A model generated the notes under the pieces. That model saw only the letters and a program-made list of their open reading frames with translations, had not been told where the DNA came from and searched no databases. Below are positions 47,933 to 57,893 of a stretch of DNA of 64,000 bases, piece by piece (positions within the stretch are counted from its first letter, which is position 1; the number at the start of each line of letters is the position of its first letter). The DNA comes from Sedimentisphaerales bacterium (GTDB taxonomy: Bacteria; Planctomycetota; Phycisphaerae; Sedimentisphaerales; SM23-30): assembly GCA_963663805.2 (NCBI GenBank), contig CAXXMR010000009.1, positions 352,001-416,000 on the forward strand. Direction: 5' to 3'. Position numbers and translations under genes: made by a program.

Positions 47933-48954
47933 TGATTGACCAGGCCGCCGAAGTAAAGCTGCTGGACGTGCGGGGTGTCAAAAAATTCTTCCCCATCAGC
48001 AAAGGCTTTTTGTCGCGGGCCAGGGGTTATGTCCGGGCGGTGGATGATATAAGTTTTTACGTCAGGAAGGGCGAGACCCTGGGGCTGGTCGGTGAGAGCG
48101 GGTCGGGCAAGACCACGTTGGGTAAATGTATTATTCAGGCGTTCGCGCCGACGGCGGGGGTGATTGATTTTCGTCTGCCGGACGGCACGGTGGTTGATTT
48201 AGCGGATATGTCACGTAAGGCTATTCGGCACATTCGTCGGCACATGCACATGATTTTTCAAGACCCTTACGCATCGCTCAATCCGAGGATGACGGTGCTG
48301 GATATTGTGGCTGAACCGCTGGTTTGCAATAATATTTCGCGGGGCAGCGAGTTGCGGGACCGGGTGCGGCATCTGCTGGAAGTGGTGGGTTTGGAAGTCA
48401 AGCACATGTCGCGTTACCCACATGCTTTTTCGGGCGGTCAGCGGCAGCGTATCGGCATTGCCCGTTCGCTGGCGGCTAACCCGGAGCTGATAATCTGTGA
48501 TGAGGCAGTATCGGCGCTGGATGTTTCGGTGCAGGCTCAGGTTCTGAATCTGTTGCAGGAACTACAGGAGAAGTTCAACCTGACATATCTGTTCATCGCG
48601 CACGATTTAGCGGTGGTGGAGCATATCGCCGACCGGGTGGCGGTGATGTACGTGGGGCGGATGATGGAGCTGGCCGACACTGCGGATTTGTACAGCAGTC
48701 CGAAACATCCCTATACCGAAGCGCTGATGTCGGCGGTGCCCAAGGCTGACCCGGAACATAAAATGGAGCGGATAATCCTGGAAGGCGATGTGGCTAATCC
48801 CGCTAAACCGCCCAGTGGTTGTTATTTTCATCCGCGCTGCCGATACGCGCGGGAGATTTGCCGGGAAGAAACGCCGGGGTGGGAAGAAGTGGCCCCGCGT
48901 CATTTCTGCGCCTGTCACCGGGTGCGGGATCTGGCTTTGAAGGGGGTGGAATGA
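47932..48954 (+). CDS. oppF: Oligopeptide/dipeptide-type ABC ATP-binding protein
   Basis: GESGSGKT, FSGGQRQR, DEAVSALD and PPSGCYFHPRC motifs. Confidence 0.93.
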   Translation: MIDQAAEVKLLDVRGVKKFFPISKGFLSRARGYVRAVDDISFYVRKGETLGLVGESGSGKTTLGKCIIQAFAPTAGVIDFRLPDGTVVDLADMSRKAIRHIRRHMHMIFQDPYASLNPRMTVLDIVAEPLVCNNISRGSELRDRVRHLLEVVGLEVKHMSRYPHAFSGGQRQRIGIARSLAANPELIICDEAVSALDVSVQAQVLNLLQELQEKFNLTYLFIAHDLAVVEHIADRVAVMYVGRMMELADTADLYSSPKHPYTEALMSAVPKADPEHKMERIILEGDVANPAKPPSGCYFHPRCRYAREICREETPGWEEVAPRHFCACHRVRDLALKGVE

Positions 48955-49062
48955 GTAAAATCGTTCGTCCCCTGCTGCCGGGCCAGTTCATTGTAATTGT
49001 GGTGCCGGCGTTTAATTTCCTGGGCGACGGCCTTGCGCAACGCGGCTGACCTTTACAAGTAA
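48951..49062 (+). pseudogene. Remnant of an OppC/DppC permease C-terminus
   Basis: LLPGQFIVIVVPAFNFLGDG; after a 1 nt shift LRNAADLYK*, matching the usual GDGLRDAADP ending. Confidence 0.75.
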
Positions 49063-49292
49063 GAGGGCGGCAGGCAAAATGCATCCGGGGCAATCTTGAT
49101 GAGGGTTTCATCACCACCAACATAAAGATTTCCGTCACTGTCGAAGGTTAGACCGTGGGGCCAGTCGGGGTATTCATATTGGGCGTAGACCTCGGCTTGA
49201 TATCGCGAGTCATAGACTTCAACCACCGCAAAAGCGTTAAGAGTGAACAGGGCCGCCAGAACACAAGATACAAAGAATCTACTGGTACGCAT
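49053..49292 (-). pseudogene. Truncated secreted NHL/beta-propeller protein
   Basis: AGGAGG RBS, signal peptide, one blade (PHGLTFDSDGNLYV), then an abrupt end at 79 aa. Confidence 0.6.
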
Positions 49293-49552
49293 GACATTTT
49301 CCTCCTGTATACGTACGATAAAATTATATCTGCACACACCTGCAGAACATTTTCTAACTACCCAACAATATTATAACGCATGTCCATTAATTATTGGCAA
49401 GTGGAAATGTCTATAAAAATTTGTTATTTGGTCTGCACGCAAAGAATGTTAAAAGAACTGTTGCAAAGGCTTGACCGCTGTATATAATGGTTTTATCGGG
49501 GCTTACGGATGAGCCTGGTGTTTAGGACGCGCTTTTTGAACGGGTTGTTGTT

Positions 49553-50965
49553 ATGGATTATCTCGACCTGGAGCGAATGGTGGCCGATGGCGGCCGGGTG
49601 TGTGCTGACAGTCGTCTGGTGGGTTCTGGCGATGTATTTGTGGCTGTCCGGGGTGTACATGTTGATGGTTATGATTGTATCGGCCAGGCTTTGGAGCGGG
49701 GGGCGGGGGTGATTGTGGCTGAACGGGGTGATGTCGATACGGGTGGTCGGCCTTTGGTGGTGGTTGCTGATTCGGCGGTGACGTTGGGTGAGCTGGCCCA
49801 GGTTTCGGCGGGGCGACCGACGCAAAAGCTTATTACGCTTGGGGTTACGGGTACTAACGGCAAGACTACGGTTACTTATCTGGTTCAGGCAATGCTACGG
49901 ATGGCGGGGATAAAGTGTGGGTTGCTGGGTACGGTGGTTTATGATTTTGGGGCGGGGTGTGAGCAGGCACGTGAGACTACGCCCGGTGCGGTGAAGCTGG
50001 CGGAGATGATGGGTCGGATGGTAGAGAACGGCTGCGGGGCGGTGGTGATGGAATGTTCCAGTCACGCACTGGACCAGCGGCGTACGGCGGGGATACATTT
50101 CCAGGGTGCGGCGTTTACCAATCTGACCGGTGACCATTTGGATTATCATGGCACGAGTGAAAACTATCTGCGGGCCAAGGCGCGTTTGTTTGAAGGGTTG
50201 GGCGAAGGGTCGCACGCGGTTCTGAACGCTATGGATGTTGTCGCGGATGATTTGGCGGCGTGTACGGCAGGTCAGGTTTGTCGCTATGGGCTGGGCGAAG
50301 GATATGACATATCGGCTGAGATTCTGGGGATGGATATTTCGGGAACGCAACTGGCGATTCGTCAGGCGGCCCAGGAGATTGAAACAAAGCTGCGGCTTAT
50401 TGGTGAGCATAATGTAATGAACTGTCTGGCAGCGGTTGGACTGGCCCGGGCGGCGGGGGTGGAACTGGTTGATATTTCCAGGGCGATCAAGGGTTTGGCG
50501 GGGGTGCCGGGCCGACTGGAACGGGTGGACTGCAAGGCGGATTTTACGGTGCTGGTGGATTATGCTCATACAGACGATGCGCTGGACCATGCTCTGGCGA
50601 CGGTGAAGAAATTGTGTAAGGGGCGGGTGATAGTGGTGTTTGGCTGCGGGGGTGAGCGTGACCGGAGTAAGCGGCCCCGGATGGCGGCGGCGGCGGAGAA
50701 GTGGGCGGATGTGATTGTGCTGACCAATGATAATCCGCGGCGGGAAGACCCGCGGGCGATCGCAGCGGAAGTGATGGAGGGGTTTAATCAGCCTGGCCAT
50801 GTAAAGCAGATATTAGACCGGCGCGATGCGATTGGATACGCACTACAAGCAGCCCGGAAGGATGATGTGGTACTGGTGGCGGGCAAGGGGCATGAACCCT
50901 ATCAGGAGATTGGGGGGGAACGGTTTGATTTTGATGATAAGGTTATTGTAGGGGAGTATTTTTGA
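49553..50965 (+). CDS. murE: UDP-MurNAc-tripeptide synthetase (meso-DAP type)
   Basis: GTNGKTT, MECSSH, FTNLTGDHLDYH, DYAHT, DNPR and AGKGHE motifs. Confidence 0.97.
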   Translation: MDYLDLERMVADGGRVCADSRLVGSGDVFVAVRGVHVDGYDCIGQALERGAGVIVAERGDVDTGGRPLVVVADSAVTLGELAQVSAGRPTQKLITLGVTGTNGKTTVTYLVQAMLRMAGIKCGLLGTVVYDFGAGCEQARETTPGAVKLAEMMGRMVENGCGAVVMECSSHALDQRRTAGIHFQGAAFTNLTGDHLDYHGTSENYLRAKARLFEGLGEGSHAVLNAMDVVADDLAACTAGQVCRYGLGEGYDISAEILGMDISGTQLAIRQAAQEIETKLRLIGEHNVMNCLAAVGLARAAGVELVDISRAIKGLAGVPGRLERVDCKADFTVLVDYAHTDDALDHALATVKKLCKGRVIVVFGCGGERDRSKRPRMAAAAEKWADVIVLTNDNPRREDPRAIAAEVMEGFNQPGHVKQILDRRDAIGYALQAARKDDVVLVAGKGHEPYQEIGGERFDFDDKVIVGEYF

Positions 50966-50968
50966 ATC

Positions 50969-51027
50969 AGGCATTAGGCATGAGGCAAGAGGCATTAGTG
51001 AACGGCGTGGTGCCGACCTTTGGTCGG
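50969..51027 (+). repeat. REP-like family A copy
   Basis: AGGCATT AGGCATG AGGCAAG AGGCATT AGTG AACGGCGTGGTG CCGACC TTT GGTCGG. Confidence 0.8.
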
Positions 51028-51178
51028 AATTTATAAGAGATAAGATTAACGGCTAAGAATTTAGGCAGGATAAGACGGGATTTTTTTAGTTAAACGGCGA
51101 ACGGTAACGACGGATTTACGGGATTGTTGATGGGCGTTTGCGGTTTTTTTAAATTTGTTTGCAGGAAGTTTTAGTTGT

Positions 51179-52576
51179 ATGAAACCTTTGTTGTTGGATG
51201 AGATTAAGCGGGTTATGCGGGCGGAGGCTCGTACTGAGCTGGGACGTGAGCCGGTTACGGGGGTGCGGATTGATTCGCGGCAGGTTGTGAAGGGTGATTT
51301 GTTTTTTGCGATTCGGGGTGAGAATTTCGACGGGCATGATTTCGTGGACCAGGCGGTGCGGGCAGGGGGACGGGCGGTGGTGGTTGACAGGAATATGCCG
51401 GTTTCGACGGCGGTGAAGGAAACCGGGACCACGGTGTTGAAGGTTGACGATTCGACCGAGGCACTGGGTAAGCTGGCGAAATTCTATCGCGAGAGTCTGG
51501 CCTATTCGCTTACGGTTATCGCGGTGACAGGCAGTAACGGCAAGACAACGACCCGTTCACTGATATATCATGTTTTGAGTAAGAAACATAAAGGTCATCA
51601 GTCGCCGCGAAATTTCAATAATAATATCGGAGTGCCGCTCACGCTTTTAGGGGTCGAGCCGACCGATAGTTTTGCCGTGGTGGAGATTGGTACTAACACG
51701 CCGGGTGAGGTGGCTTATCTTTCCGGGATATGTGAGCCTGATATCGCGGTGATAACGCATGTCGGGCCGGCGCATCTGGAAGGACTGGGCGATATCGAGG
51801 GAGTGTCGGTTGAGAAAGTGTCGATCGCGGCGGGTTTGAAGGAACGGGGTGTGCTGGTTTGCGGGATGGGGCATGAGGCAACGCTGGAGCGGGTTCGGGC
51901 GCTGGGTCGGCCTTTGATTACTTTCGGTGTGGAGGATGGGGCCGATGTGGGGGCGACGAAAGTTGAGCAGCGGCACGGTTCGGTTAAGTTTTTGACGAAT
52001 GACCGCTGTGAAGTGACGCTGCCGCTGGCCGGGGTGCATAATGTCAATAACGCATTGGCGGCGTTGGCGGCGGTGCGGCGCCTGGGGGTTAGCAGTAAGG
52101 AGTTCGCCGCAGCCTTGACGGATTATGTGCCGGTGGCGGGGCGAATGGTTTATCATAATTTCAATGGGATAACGGTAATCGACGATACATATAATGCCAA
52201 TCCGGCGAGTATGGAAGCGGCGCTGGCTGAACTGCTCAGCCACGGCGGGGCGGGACGGCGGATATTTATCTGTGGCGATATGGGCGAGCTGGGCGAAAAA
52301 AGCGAAGAATATCATTGCGAGTTCGGCAAGCGAGTGGCACGGTCGAGTGTAGATGTGTTTATGACAGTGGGGCCGCTGGCGGCGGGGGCGGCTAACGCGG
52401 CACTTGAAGCGGGGATGGGACGTGGTGATGTACAGCGGGCGGTCAGCAGCAAGCGGCTGGCACGGTTGGTCAAGGCTTCGATTCGCAGCGGTGATGTGAT
52501 TGTGGTCAAAGGCTCACGGGCAATGGCAATGGAAAAGGTGGTTGAATCGTTGAGCCGGTTTAAGGCTGCTCGCTGA
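51179..52576 (+). CDS. murF: UDP-MurNAc-pentapeptide ligase
   Basis: GENFDGH, TGSNGKTTT, NFNNNIGVPLT, DDTYNANP, GDMGELG and VKGSR motifs. Confidence 0.97.
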   Translation: MKPLLLDEIKRVMRAEARTELGREPVTGVRIDSRQVVKGDLFFAIRGENFDGHDFVDQAVRAGGRAVVVDRNMPVSTAVKETGTTVLKVDDSTEALGKLAKFYRESLAYSLTVIAVTGSNGKTTTRSLIYHVLSKKHKGHQSPRNFNNNIGVPLTLLGVEPTDSFAVVEIGTNTPGEVAYLSGICEPDIAVITHVGPAHLEGLGDIEGVSVEKVSIAAGLKERGVLVCGMGHEATLERVRALGRPLITFGVEDGADVGATKVEQRHGSVKFLTNDRCEVTLPLAGVHNVNNALAALAAVRRLGVSSKEFAAALTDYVPVAGRMVYHNFNGITVIDDTYNANPASMEAALAELLSHGGAGRRIFICGDMGELGEKSEEYHCEFGKRVARSSVDVFMTVGPLAAGAANAALEAGMGRGDVQRAVSSKRLARLVKASIRSGDVIVVKGSRAMAMEKVVESLSRFKAAR

Positions 52577-52613
52577 TAAATTAAAAGAATTCCGACTGGG
52601 ATGTTGAGTTGAT

Positions 52614-53786
52614 ATGCTATATTGGCTGTTGAATACATATAAAGATTTTCTGCACGATACACTGCATTTTTACGCGTGGAGCGAGGTTTCGTTTCGGGCG
52701 GTGATGGCGGTTTTGACGAGTCTGCTAATCTCTCTGTGGTGGGGGCCGCGGATTATTCGCTGGTTGATAAAGAAGAAGGTCGGTGATGTGCCGGAGTTTG
52801 ACCATAAGGACCTTAACGAACTGACGCGGCATAAGGCCAATACCCCGACGATGGGCGGCTTGATAATTCTGGCCGGCGTGATAATCAGTACGCTGCTGTG
52901 GGCGGATTTGAGTAATAATTTTGTGAAGAAGGGGATCTTTCTGCTGGTTTGGCTGGGCTGTGTGGGGGGGGTGGACGACTGGCTGAAACTGACGGCGAAG
53001 ATTAAACATCGCAGTCGCGACGGCCTGCATACCTACGAAAAGCTGCTGTTTCAGATTGGTTTGTGCGTTATGCTGGCGGTATTTCTTTATCATACCGACT
53101 TCGCCAATATCGAAGATGGACGGCGGTTGTGGCTGCCGTTTTATAAGCAGGGTTTCGAGCTGGGTTGGTTTTTGTTTTCGATAATGACGGTGCTGGTGAT
53201 AACCGGGGCCAGCAATGCGGTTAATCTGACCGACGGTATGGACGGGTTAGCGGCAGGGTGTATGGCGACAGTAAGTGCGGTTTTTGTGGTTTTGTGCTAC
53301 CTGGCCAGCGAGACGATGTCGGTCAGTTGGATCGAGACAGCTGGCGAGATGGAGATCGTACGCAAGACCTGGGCCAGTTCGCTCTTGCTGCCGCAGATAA
53401 ACGGGGCGGGAGAGCTGGCTATAATGTGCGCGGCGATATTTGGGGCGTGCCTGGCGTTTTTGTGGTTCAATTGTCATCCCGCCCAGGTGTTTATGGGGGA
53501 TATGGGTTCGCTGCCTCTGGGTGGGGCGATTGGATACGCGGCGGTGGTTACCCGGCATGAGCTTTTACTGCTGCTTATCGGCGGGGTGTTTGTGATGGAA
53601 GCGGCCAGTGTGATGCTGCAAGTGGGATATTTCCGGTTCAGCGGCGGCAAACGCATATTCCGTTGTGCGCCGATACATCATCATTTTCATTTGCTGGGCT
53701 GGTCCGAGCCGCAGGTGGTTATTAGATTCTGGCTGATAGGCATCGCCTGTGCGGCGCTGGCACTGGCGACTTTGAAATTAAGATAG
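52614..53786 (+). CDS. mraY: Phospho-MurNAc-pentapeptide transferase
   Basis: TPTMGG, NAVNLTDGMDGLA, FMGDMGS and APIHHHF motifs. Confidence 0.98.
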   Translation: MLYWLLNTYKDFLHDTLHFYAWSEVSFRAVMAVLTSLLISLWWGPRIIRWLIKKKVGDVPEFDHKDLNELTRHKANTPTMGGLIILAGVIISTLLWADLSNNFVKKGIFLLVWLGCVGGVDDWLKLTAKIKHRSRDGLHTYEKLLFQIGLCVMLAVFLYHTDFANIEDGRRLWLPFYKQGFELGWFLFSIMTVLVITGASNAVNLTDGMDGLAAGCMATVSAVFVVLCYLASETMSVSWIETAGEMEIVRKTWASSLLLPQINGAGELAIMCAAIFGACLAFLWFNCHPAQVFMGDMGSLPLGGAIGYAAVVTRHELLLLLIGGVFVMEAASVMLQVGYFRFSGGKRIFRCAPIHHHFHLLGWSEPQVVIRFWLIGIACAALALATLKLR

Positions 53787-53811
53787 TGCGTTCAAATATA
53801 GATGGTTTTGC

Positions 53812-55020
53812 ATGACTGAGGACAGGGACATTCGCCGTGGGGTTGGCGCTGTGGGCACTACGCTGCTGATGATTGTCAGCGGGTTGTTGTGCCTGGGCGC
53901 GCTGATGGTTTATTCTGCTGGCGCTACGGTTATGCAGGAGGTGGACTGGCTGGAATTCTGGCGATACACAACGGGTCGGCGGGTAGCGATGGTGCCGGTG
54001 GTTTGGTTGGTTCTGGCCATTGTCAGTCATTTGAATTATCGTCGCTTTGTGATAAACGAGCGGTATTTTGGCTGGTCGCCGGCGTTGTGGTTTATGATTG
54101 TTTCTTTGATAATGCTGGGGGCGGTTTTGATACCGGGGGTTGGTACTGAAGTTAATGCCTCGCGCCGGTGGCTCAAGTTTGGGCCGGCGGAATATGGCTT
54201 GACGATTCAGCCTTCGGAGCTGGCTAAGTGGACGGTGGTGATGTTTCTGGCGGGGTACTGTTGGCTGACGGGCACGCGGATGCGGGAATTCAAACGGGGG
54301 TTTGTGCTGCCGATGGGCGTGCTGGTTACGGTGGTCGGGCTTATTGGGGTTGAGGATTTTGGCACGGCGGCACTGGTAGGGGCGGTGGGTATGATGGTGC
54401 TGCTGGTAGGTGGGATGCGCTGGTGGTATCCGCTGCTGCTGCTGCCTTTGGCGGGGTTGGCGTTTTATTTTATGGTTTATTGTAATGCTTATCGCTGGGA
54501 TCGGGTGCGGGCGTTTTTGCATAATGAAGAAACTGCCCAGGCGGGTGAGCAAGAGCCGGCCAGCGTTTATCATTTGCGGCAATCGAAGATGGCATTGGGC
54601 AGTGGCGGTTTGTGGGGCGTTGGGCTCGGTAAGGGTAAGGTTAAGCTGGGGTATCTGCCGGAAGATACGACGGATTTTGTGTTCGCGGTGATCGGTGAGG
54701 AGCTGGGACTGGCTGGCTGTGCCCTGGTTATCGGTTTGTATATGGGGCTGATGGTTTGCAGTATGGTAATTGTGCATCGAGCCCGGGACCGATTGGGAAT
54801 GCTGCTGGCGATAGGGATTTCAGCGACGATGGGCGCTCAGGCGGTGATGAATCTTATGGTCGTGACCGGATTGGCGCCAACCAAAGGCATCGCTCTGCCG
54901 TTTGTGAGCGCGGGCGGTTCAGGTTTGATGCTGACGGCAATTTCAGCGGGAGTGCTTATTAATATCGCCCGGAGTGAGGAGAAGGCAGGCAAGAGGCAAG
55001 AGGCAGGAGGTGAGATTTAA
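53812..55020 (+). CDS. ftsW: SEDS peptidoglycan glycosyltransferase
   Basis: RWL, QPSELAK, DFGT, LPEDTTDF..IGEELG and PTKGIALPFVSAGGS motifs. Confidence 0.93.
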   Translation: MTEDRDIRRGVGAVGTTLLMIVSGLLCLGALMVYSAGATVMQEVDWLEFWRYTTGRRVAMVPVVWLVLAIVSHLNYRRFVINERYFGWSPALWFMIVSLIMLGAVLIPGVGTEVNASRRWLKFGPAEYGLTIQPSELAKWTVVMFLAGYCWLTGTRMREFKRGFVLPMGVLVTVVGLIGVEDFGTAALVGAVGMMVLLVGGMRWWYPLLLLPLAGLAFYFMVYCNAYRWDRVRAFLHNEETAQAGEQEPASVYHLRQSKMALGSGGLWGVGLGKGKVKLGYLPEDTTDFVFAVIGEELGLAGCALVIGLYMGLMVCSMVIVHRARDRLGMLLAIGISATMGAQAVMNLMVVTGLAPTKGIALPFVSAGGSGLMLTAISAGVLINIARSEEKAGKRQEAGGEI

Positions 55021-55175
55021 CGGCTTGGTGCCGCCTCTAGCGGAGCTTTTTTATTTAACGACAACAGCGTGGTTTCGGCCTTTGGCCGGGATTTGAACAA
55101 TTAACGGCGAGGTGCCGACCTTTGGTCGGATTATTTTAATTAACGGCACCGCTTACTTACGTGCGCGGCTCTGAT
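54987..55175 (+). repeat. REP cluster: heptamers, three family A hairpin units and one family B unit
   Basis: Units start at about 55019, 55063 and 55103 (AAC(G/A)GC-N2-GGT + hairpin); 55142-55175 matches 5754-5787. Confidence 0.8.
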
Positions 55176-55230
55176 TTAATGACTAGTATGTGCTTTGGTT
55201 AAGCAATGTTTTTTTGTGAAATTAAGATAA

Positions 55231-56400
55231 ATGGTTAAACGCATAATAATGGCCGGGGGCGGCAGCGGCGGGCATATCTGCCCGGGGTTGGCGGTTGCGC
55301 AGGAAGTGGTTAAACGCGGGGGTGAAGTGGTTTTTGTTTGTACCGAGCGGACTATCGATGAGAAGATTTTGGGCGGGTCGCCTTATGAATATGTCAAGCA
55401 GCCGGTGGTGCCTATGCCGCGGCGGGTGGGTGATGTCTGGAAATTTTATCGCTACTGGAAAGAAAGTGTGCGGATTTGTCGGGAGGTATTGGGGGACGGG
55501 AAGTCTGCGGCAGTGTTGGGCCTGGGCGGGTTTGCTTCGGGGCCGATGCTAAAGACGGCGGCAAAAATGCGGGTTCCGATTGGGATGCTGAACCCGGACG
55601 CGGTGCCGGGCAAGGCTAATCGGCTGGGCTGTCGGTATGCGAATAAGATTTTTGTGCAGTGGCAGGAGAGTCAGCATTATTTCAAACGTTACGGCGATAA
55701 GGTCGTCGTGACCGGCTGTCCGATACGCGCGGAAATCGCTCAGGCGAAATACAGTCGTCAGGAAGCCCGCAAGGAGTTGGGGCTTAAAGAAAAGCTGCGT
55801 ACGCTGGTGGTGGTGGGTGGTTCGCTGGGCGGTCATAATGTTAATCTGGCGGTGGCTGAGGCGTTGGCGGGTTCCGGTGCGGTCGAGCTGGACGGGTGGC
55901 AGGTGCTGCATATTACCGGGGCGGATGATGGTGAGTGGGTGCGGCAGCGATATGAGAAATCGCAGGTTCCGGCTGCGGTGGTGGCGTTTTCAGATAGGAT
56001 GGACCTGGTACTTTCAGCGGCGGAGCTGGTAATCGGCCGGGCGGGCGCTTCGACCTTGGCGGAACTTACAGCGCGTGAAGTGCCGAGTATTTTGCTGCCT
56101 TATCCATATCATAAGGACCAGCATCAGTTGATAAACGCCAGTGTGCTGAGCGATGTTCAGGCAGCGCTGATTGTGGCGGATAGTTGTGACGCGGTTAAAA
56201 CGGCTAAGGCTTTGAGGGAGGCATTGTGCGATTGTCTCTCGGCCCGGAGGAAACAGGATGAGGGGGATGAGGAAGTTTTGGCAGAAAAATTGACAGATGA
56301 GTCCCAATTGGAGATGATGTCCGAGGCGGCAAGGGGATTGGGCCGACCTGAAGCGGCAACAACGGTGGCGGACGAGTTGATGCAACTTGTTTATGGATAA
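55231..56400 (+). CDS. murG: Lipid II GlcNAc transferase
   Basis: GGGSGGHI.P, GGFAS, PGKANR, TGCPIR, GGSLG, RAGAST and HQ..NA motifs. Confidence 0.96.
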   Translation: MVKRIIMAGGGSGGHICPGLAVAQEVVKRGGEVVFVCTERTIDEKILGGSPYEYVKQPVVPMPRRVGDVWKFYRYWKESVRICREVLGDGKSAAVLGLGGFASGPMLKTAAKMRVPIGMLNPDAVPGKANRLGCRYANKIFVQWQESQHYFKRYGDKVVVTGCPIRAEIAQAKYSRQEARKELGLKEKLRTLVVVGGSLGGHNVNLAVAEALAGSGAVELDGWQVLHITGADDGEWVRQRYEKSQVPAAVVAFSDRMDLVLSAAELVIGRAGASTLAELTAREVPSILLPYPYHKDQHQLINASVLSDVQAALIVADSCDAVKTAKALREALCDCLSARRKQDEGDEEVLAEKLTDESQLEMMSEAARGLGRPEAATTVADELMQLVYG

Positions 56401-56438
56401 GGAATTGAGGATTTTTGAGGGGATGGAGCAGGGATGTG

Positions 56439-57893
56439 ATGCAGCGTAGTGTAAAAAGAGAAACAGCCGTGGCGAAAGCTTGGGCCTGGCTGGGCGGCGG
56501 GAATAAAGTTGTGGCTAAGACCTTGAATTATCATTTTGTAGGAATCGGCGGCTGTGGGATGAGCGGTCTGGCTCAGGTTCTGGCCCAGGCCGGGCAGGGT
56601 GTCAGTGGCAGTGATATGACTGATTCGGCGGTGGTTGGTCGGTTGCGGGACATGGGGGTTTCGGTGGGGATCGGGCACGGCCTTGAAAATCTGCCGGAGC
56701 GGGTTGATAAGCTGGTGGTCTCGGCGGCGATCAAGGCGGATAATCCGGAATTTAAGTGGGCCCTGGAGCGGGGGATTAAGGTTTACAAATATGCGGAGCT
56801 GCTGGGCGAGCTGAGCGGGCAGATGATGACGCTGGCGGTCGCGGGCACGCACGGCAAGAGTACGACCAGCGGCTGGCTGGGGTATGTCTTGCAGCAGGCG
56901 GGTGCCGAGCCGAGTTATGTTATTGGGGCAGAGGTTGAGCAGTTGGGCGGGGGCAGTGGTGCGGGGGCCGGCGAGCATCTGGTGGTTGAGGCGTGTGAGT
57001 ATGACCGTTCGTTTTTGAATTTGCAGCCCGCGGTGGCGGTGCTGTTAAATATAGAAGCGGACCATCTGGATTATTACTCGGATTTGGCGGAGATCATCGG
57101 GGCGTTCAAGGATTTCGCTGATTGTACGCGTCAAGACGGGCTGGTGGTGGCTAACGCTGACGACGCAAATGTGGTAGCGGCACTGGCGGAGTACAAAGGT
57201 AAGGTCGAGACGTTCGCTTTGAAGGTGGGGGCGGATTGGGAAGCCCGGAATCTGGAATATGTACGCGGGGCGGGGCGGTATGATTTGGTGTATAAAGGTG
57301 ATTTGCTGGGGCGGGTTGAACTGACCTTGCCGGGCGAGCATAATGTCTATAACTCGCTGGCGACAGCGGCGGCGGCTTACGCGGCGGGGGTGGAGAGGCA
57401 GGCTCTGATAAGCGGTTTGGCTGGCTATCGTGGAGCGGGGCGGCGGATGACACATGTGGCGACGGTGAACGGGGTGGTCGTTATGGACGATTACGCTCAT
57501 CATCCGACGGAGATTCGGGCCAGCCTGCGGGCGATGCGGGACGCTTATGAGCCGGGTCGGTTGTGGTGCGTTTTTCAGCCGCATCAGTACAGCCGGACGC
57601 GATTTTTCCTGAATGAATTTGCTTTAAGTTTCGGTACAGCCGATGTAATATTATTGCCGGAGATTTATTTCGTCCGGGACAGCGAGGCTTTGCGGCAGGA
57701 AGTGAACGCCCAGAAGCTGGCTGAGCAGATTGTGTTGCAGGGCGGCGACGCGCGATATATGGGCAGTTTTGACGAAATTGCCGATACGATATATAATGAG
57801 GTTGAGGCCGGGGATATGGTAGTGACAATGGGGGCTGGTGACATCTGGAAACTTGGTGATGAAATTATTCGCAGGCTTGAACGACATAGTTAA
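56439..57893 (+). CDS. murC: UDP-MurNAc--L-alanine ligase (start uncertain, 56415-56511)
   Basis: GIGGCGMSGLA, GTHGKSTT, EACEYD, DDYAHHPTE and FQPHQYSRT motifs. Confidence 0.97.
   Translation: MQRSVKRETAVAKAWAWLGGGNKVVAKTLNYHFVGIGGCGMSGLAQVLAQAGQGVSGSDMTDSAVVGRLRDMGVSVGIGHGLENLPERVDKLVVSAAIKADNPEFKWALERGIKVYKYAELLGELSGQMMTLAVAGTHGKSTTSGWLGYVLQQAGAEPSYVIGAEVEQLGGGSGAGAGEHLVVEACEYDRSFLNLQPAVAVLLNIEADHLDYYSDLAEIIGAFKDFADCTRQDGLVVANADDANVVAALAEYKGKVETFALKVGADWEARNLEYVRGAGRYDLVYKGDLLGRVELTLPGEHNVYNSLATAAAAYAAGVERQALISGLAGYRGAGRRMTHVATVNGVVVMDDYAHHPTEIRASLRAMRDAYEPGRLWCVFQPHQYSRTRFFLNEFALSFGTADVILLPEIYFVRDSEALRQEVNAQKLAEQIVLQGGDARYMGSFDEIADTIYNEVEAGDMVVTMGAGDIWKLGDEIIRRLERHS

Noticed and set aside
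53722..54777. Long antisense ORFs (also 49895-50800, 4765-5454, 21524-22285, 7989-8609, 38431-39063)
   Set aside because: Shadow or alternative frames of well-supported genes, explained by strong codon/strand bias; no family motifs.
54987..55175. CRISPR array
   Set aside because: Units are degenerate and irregularly spaced, with no unique spacers of constant length and no cas genes.
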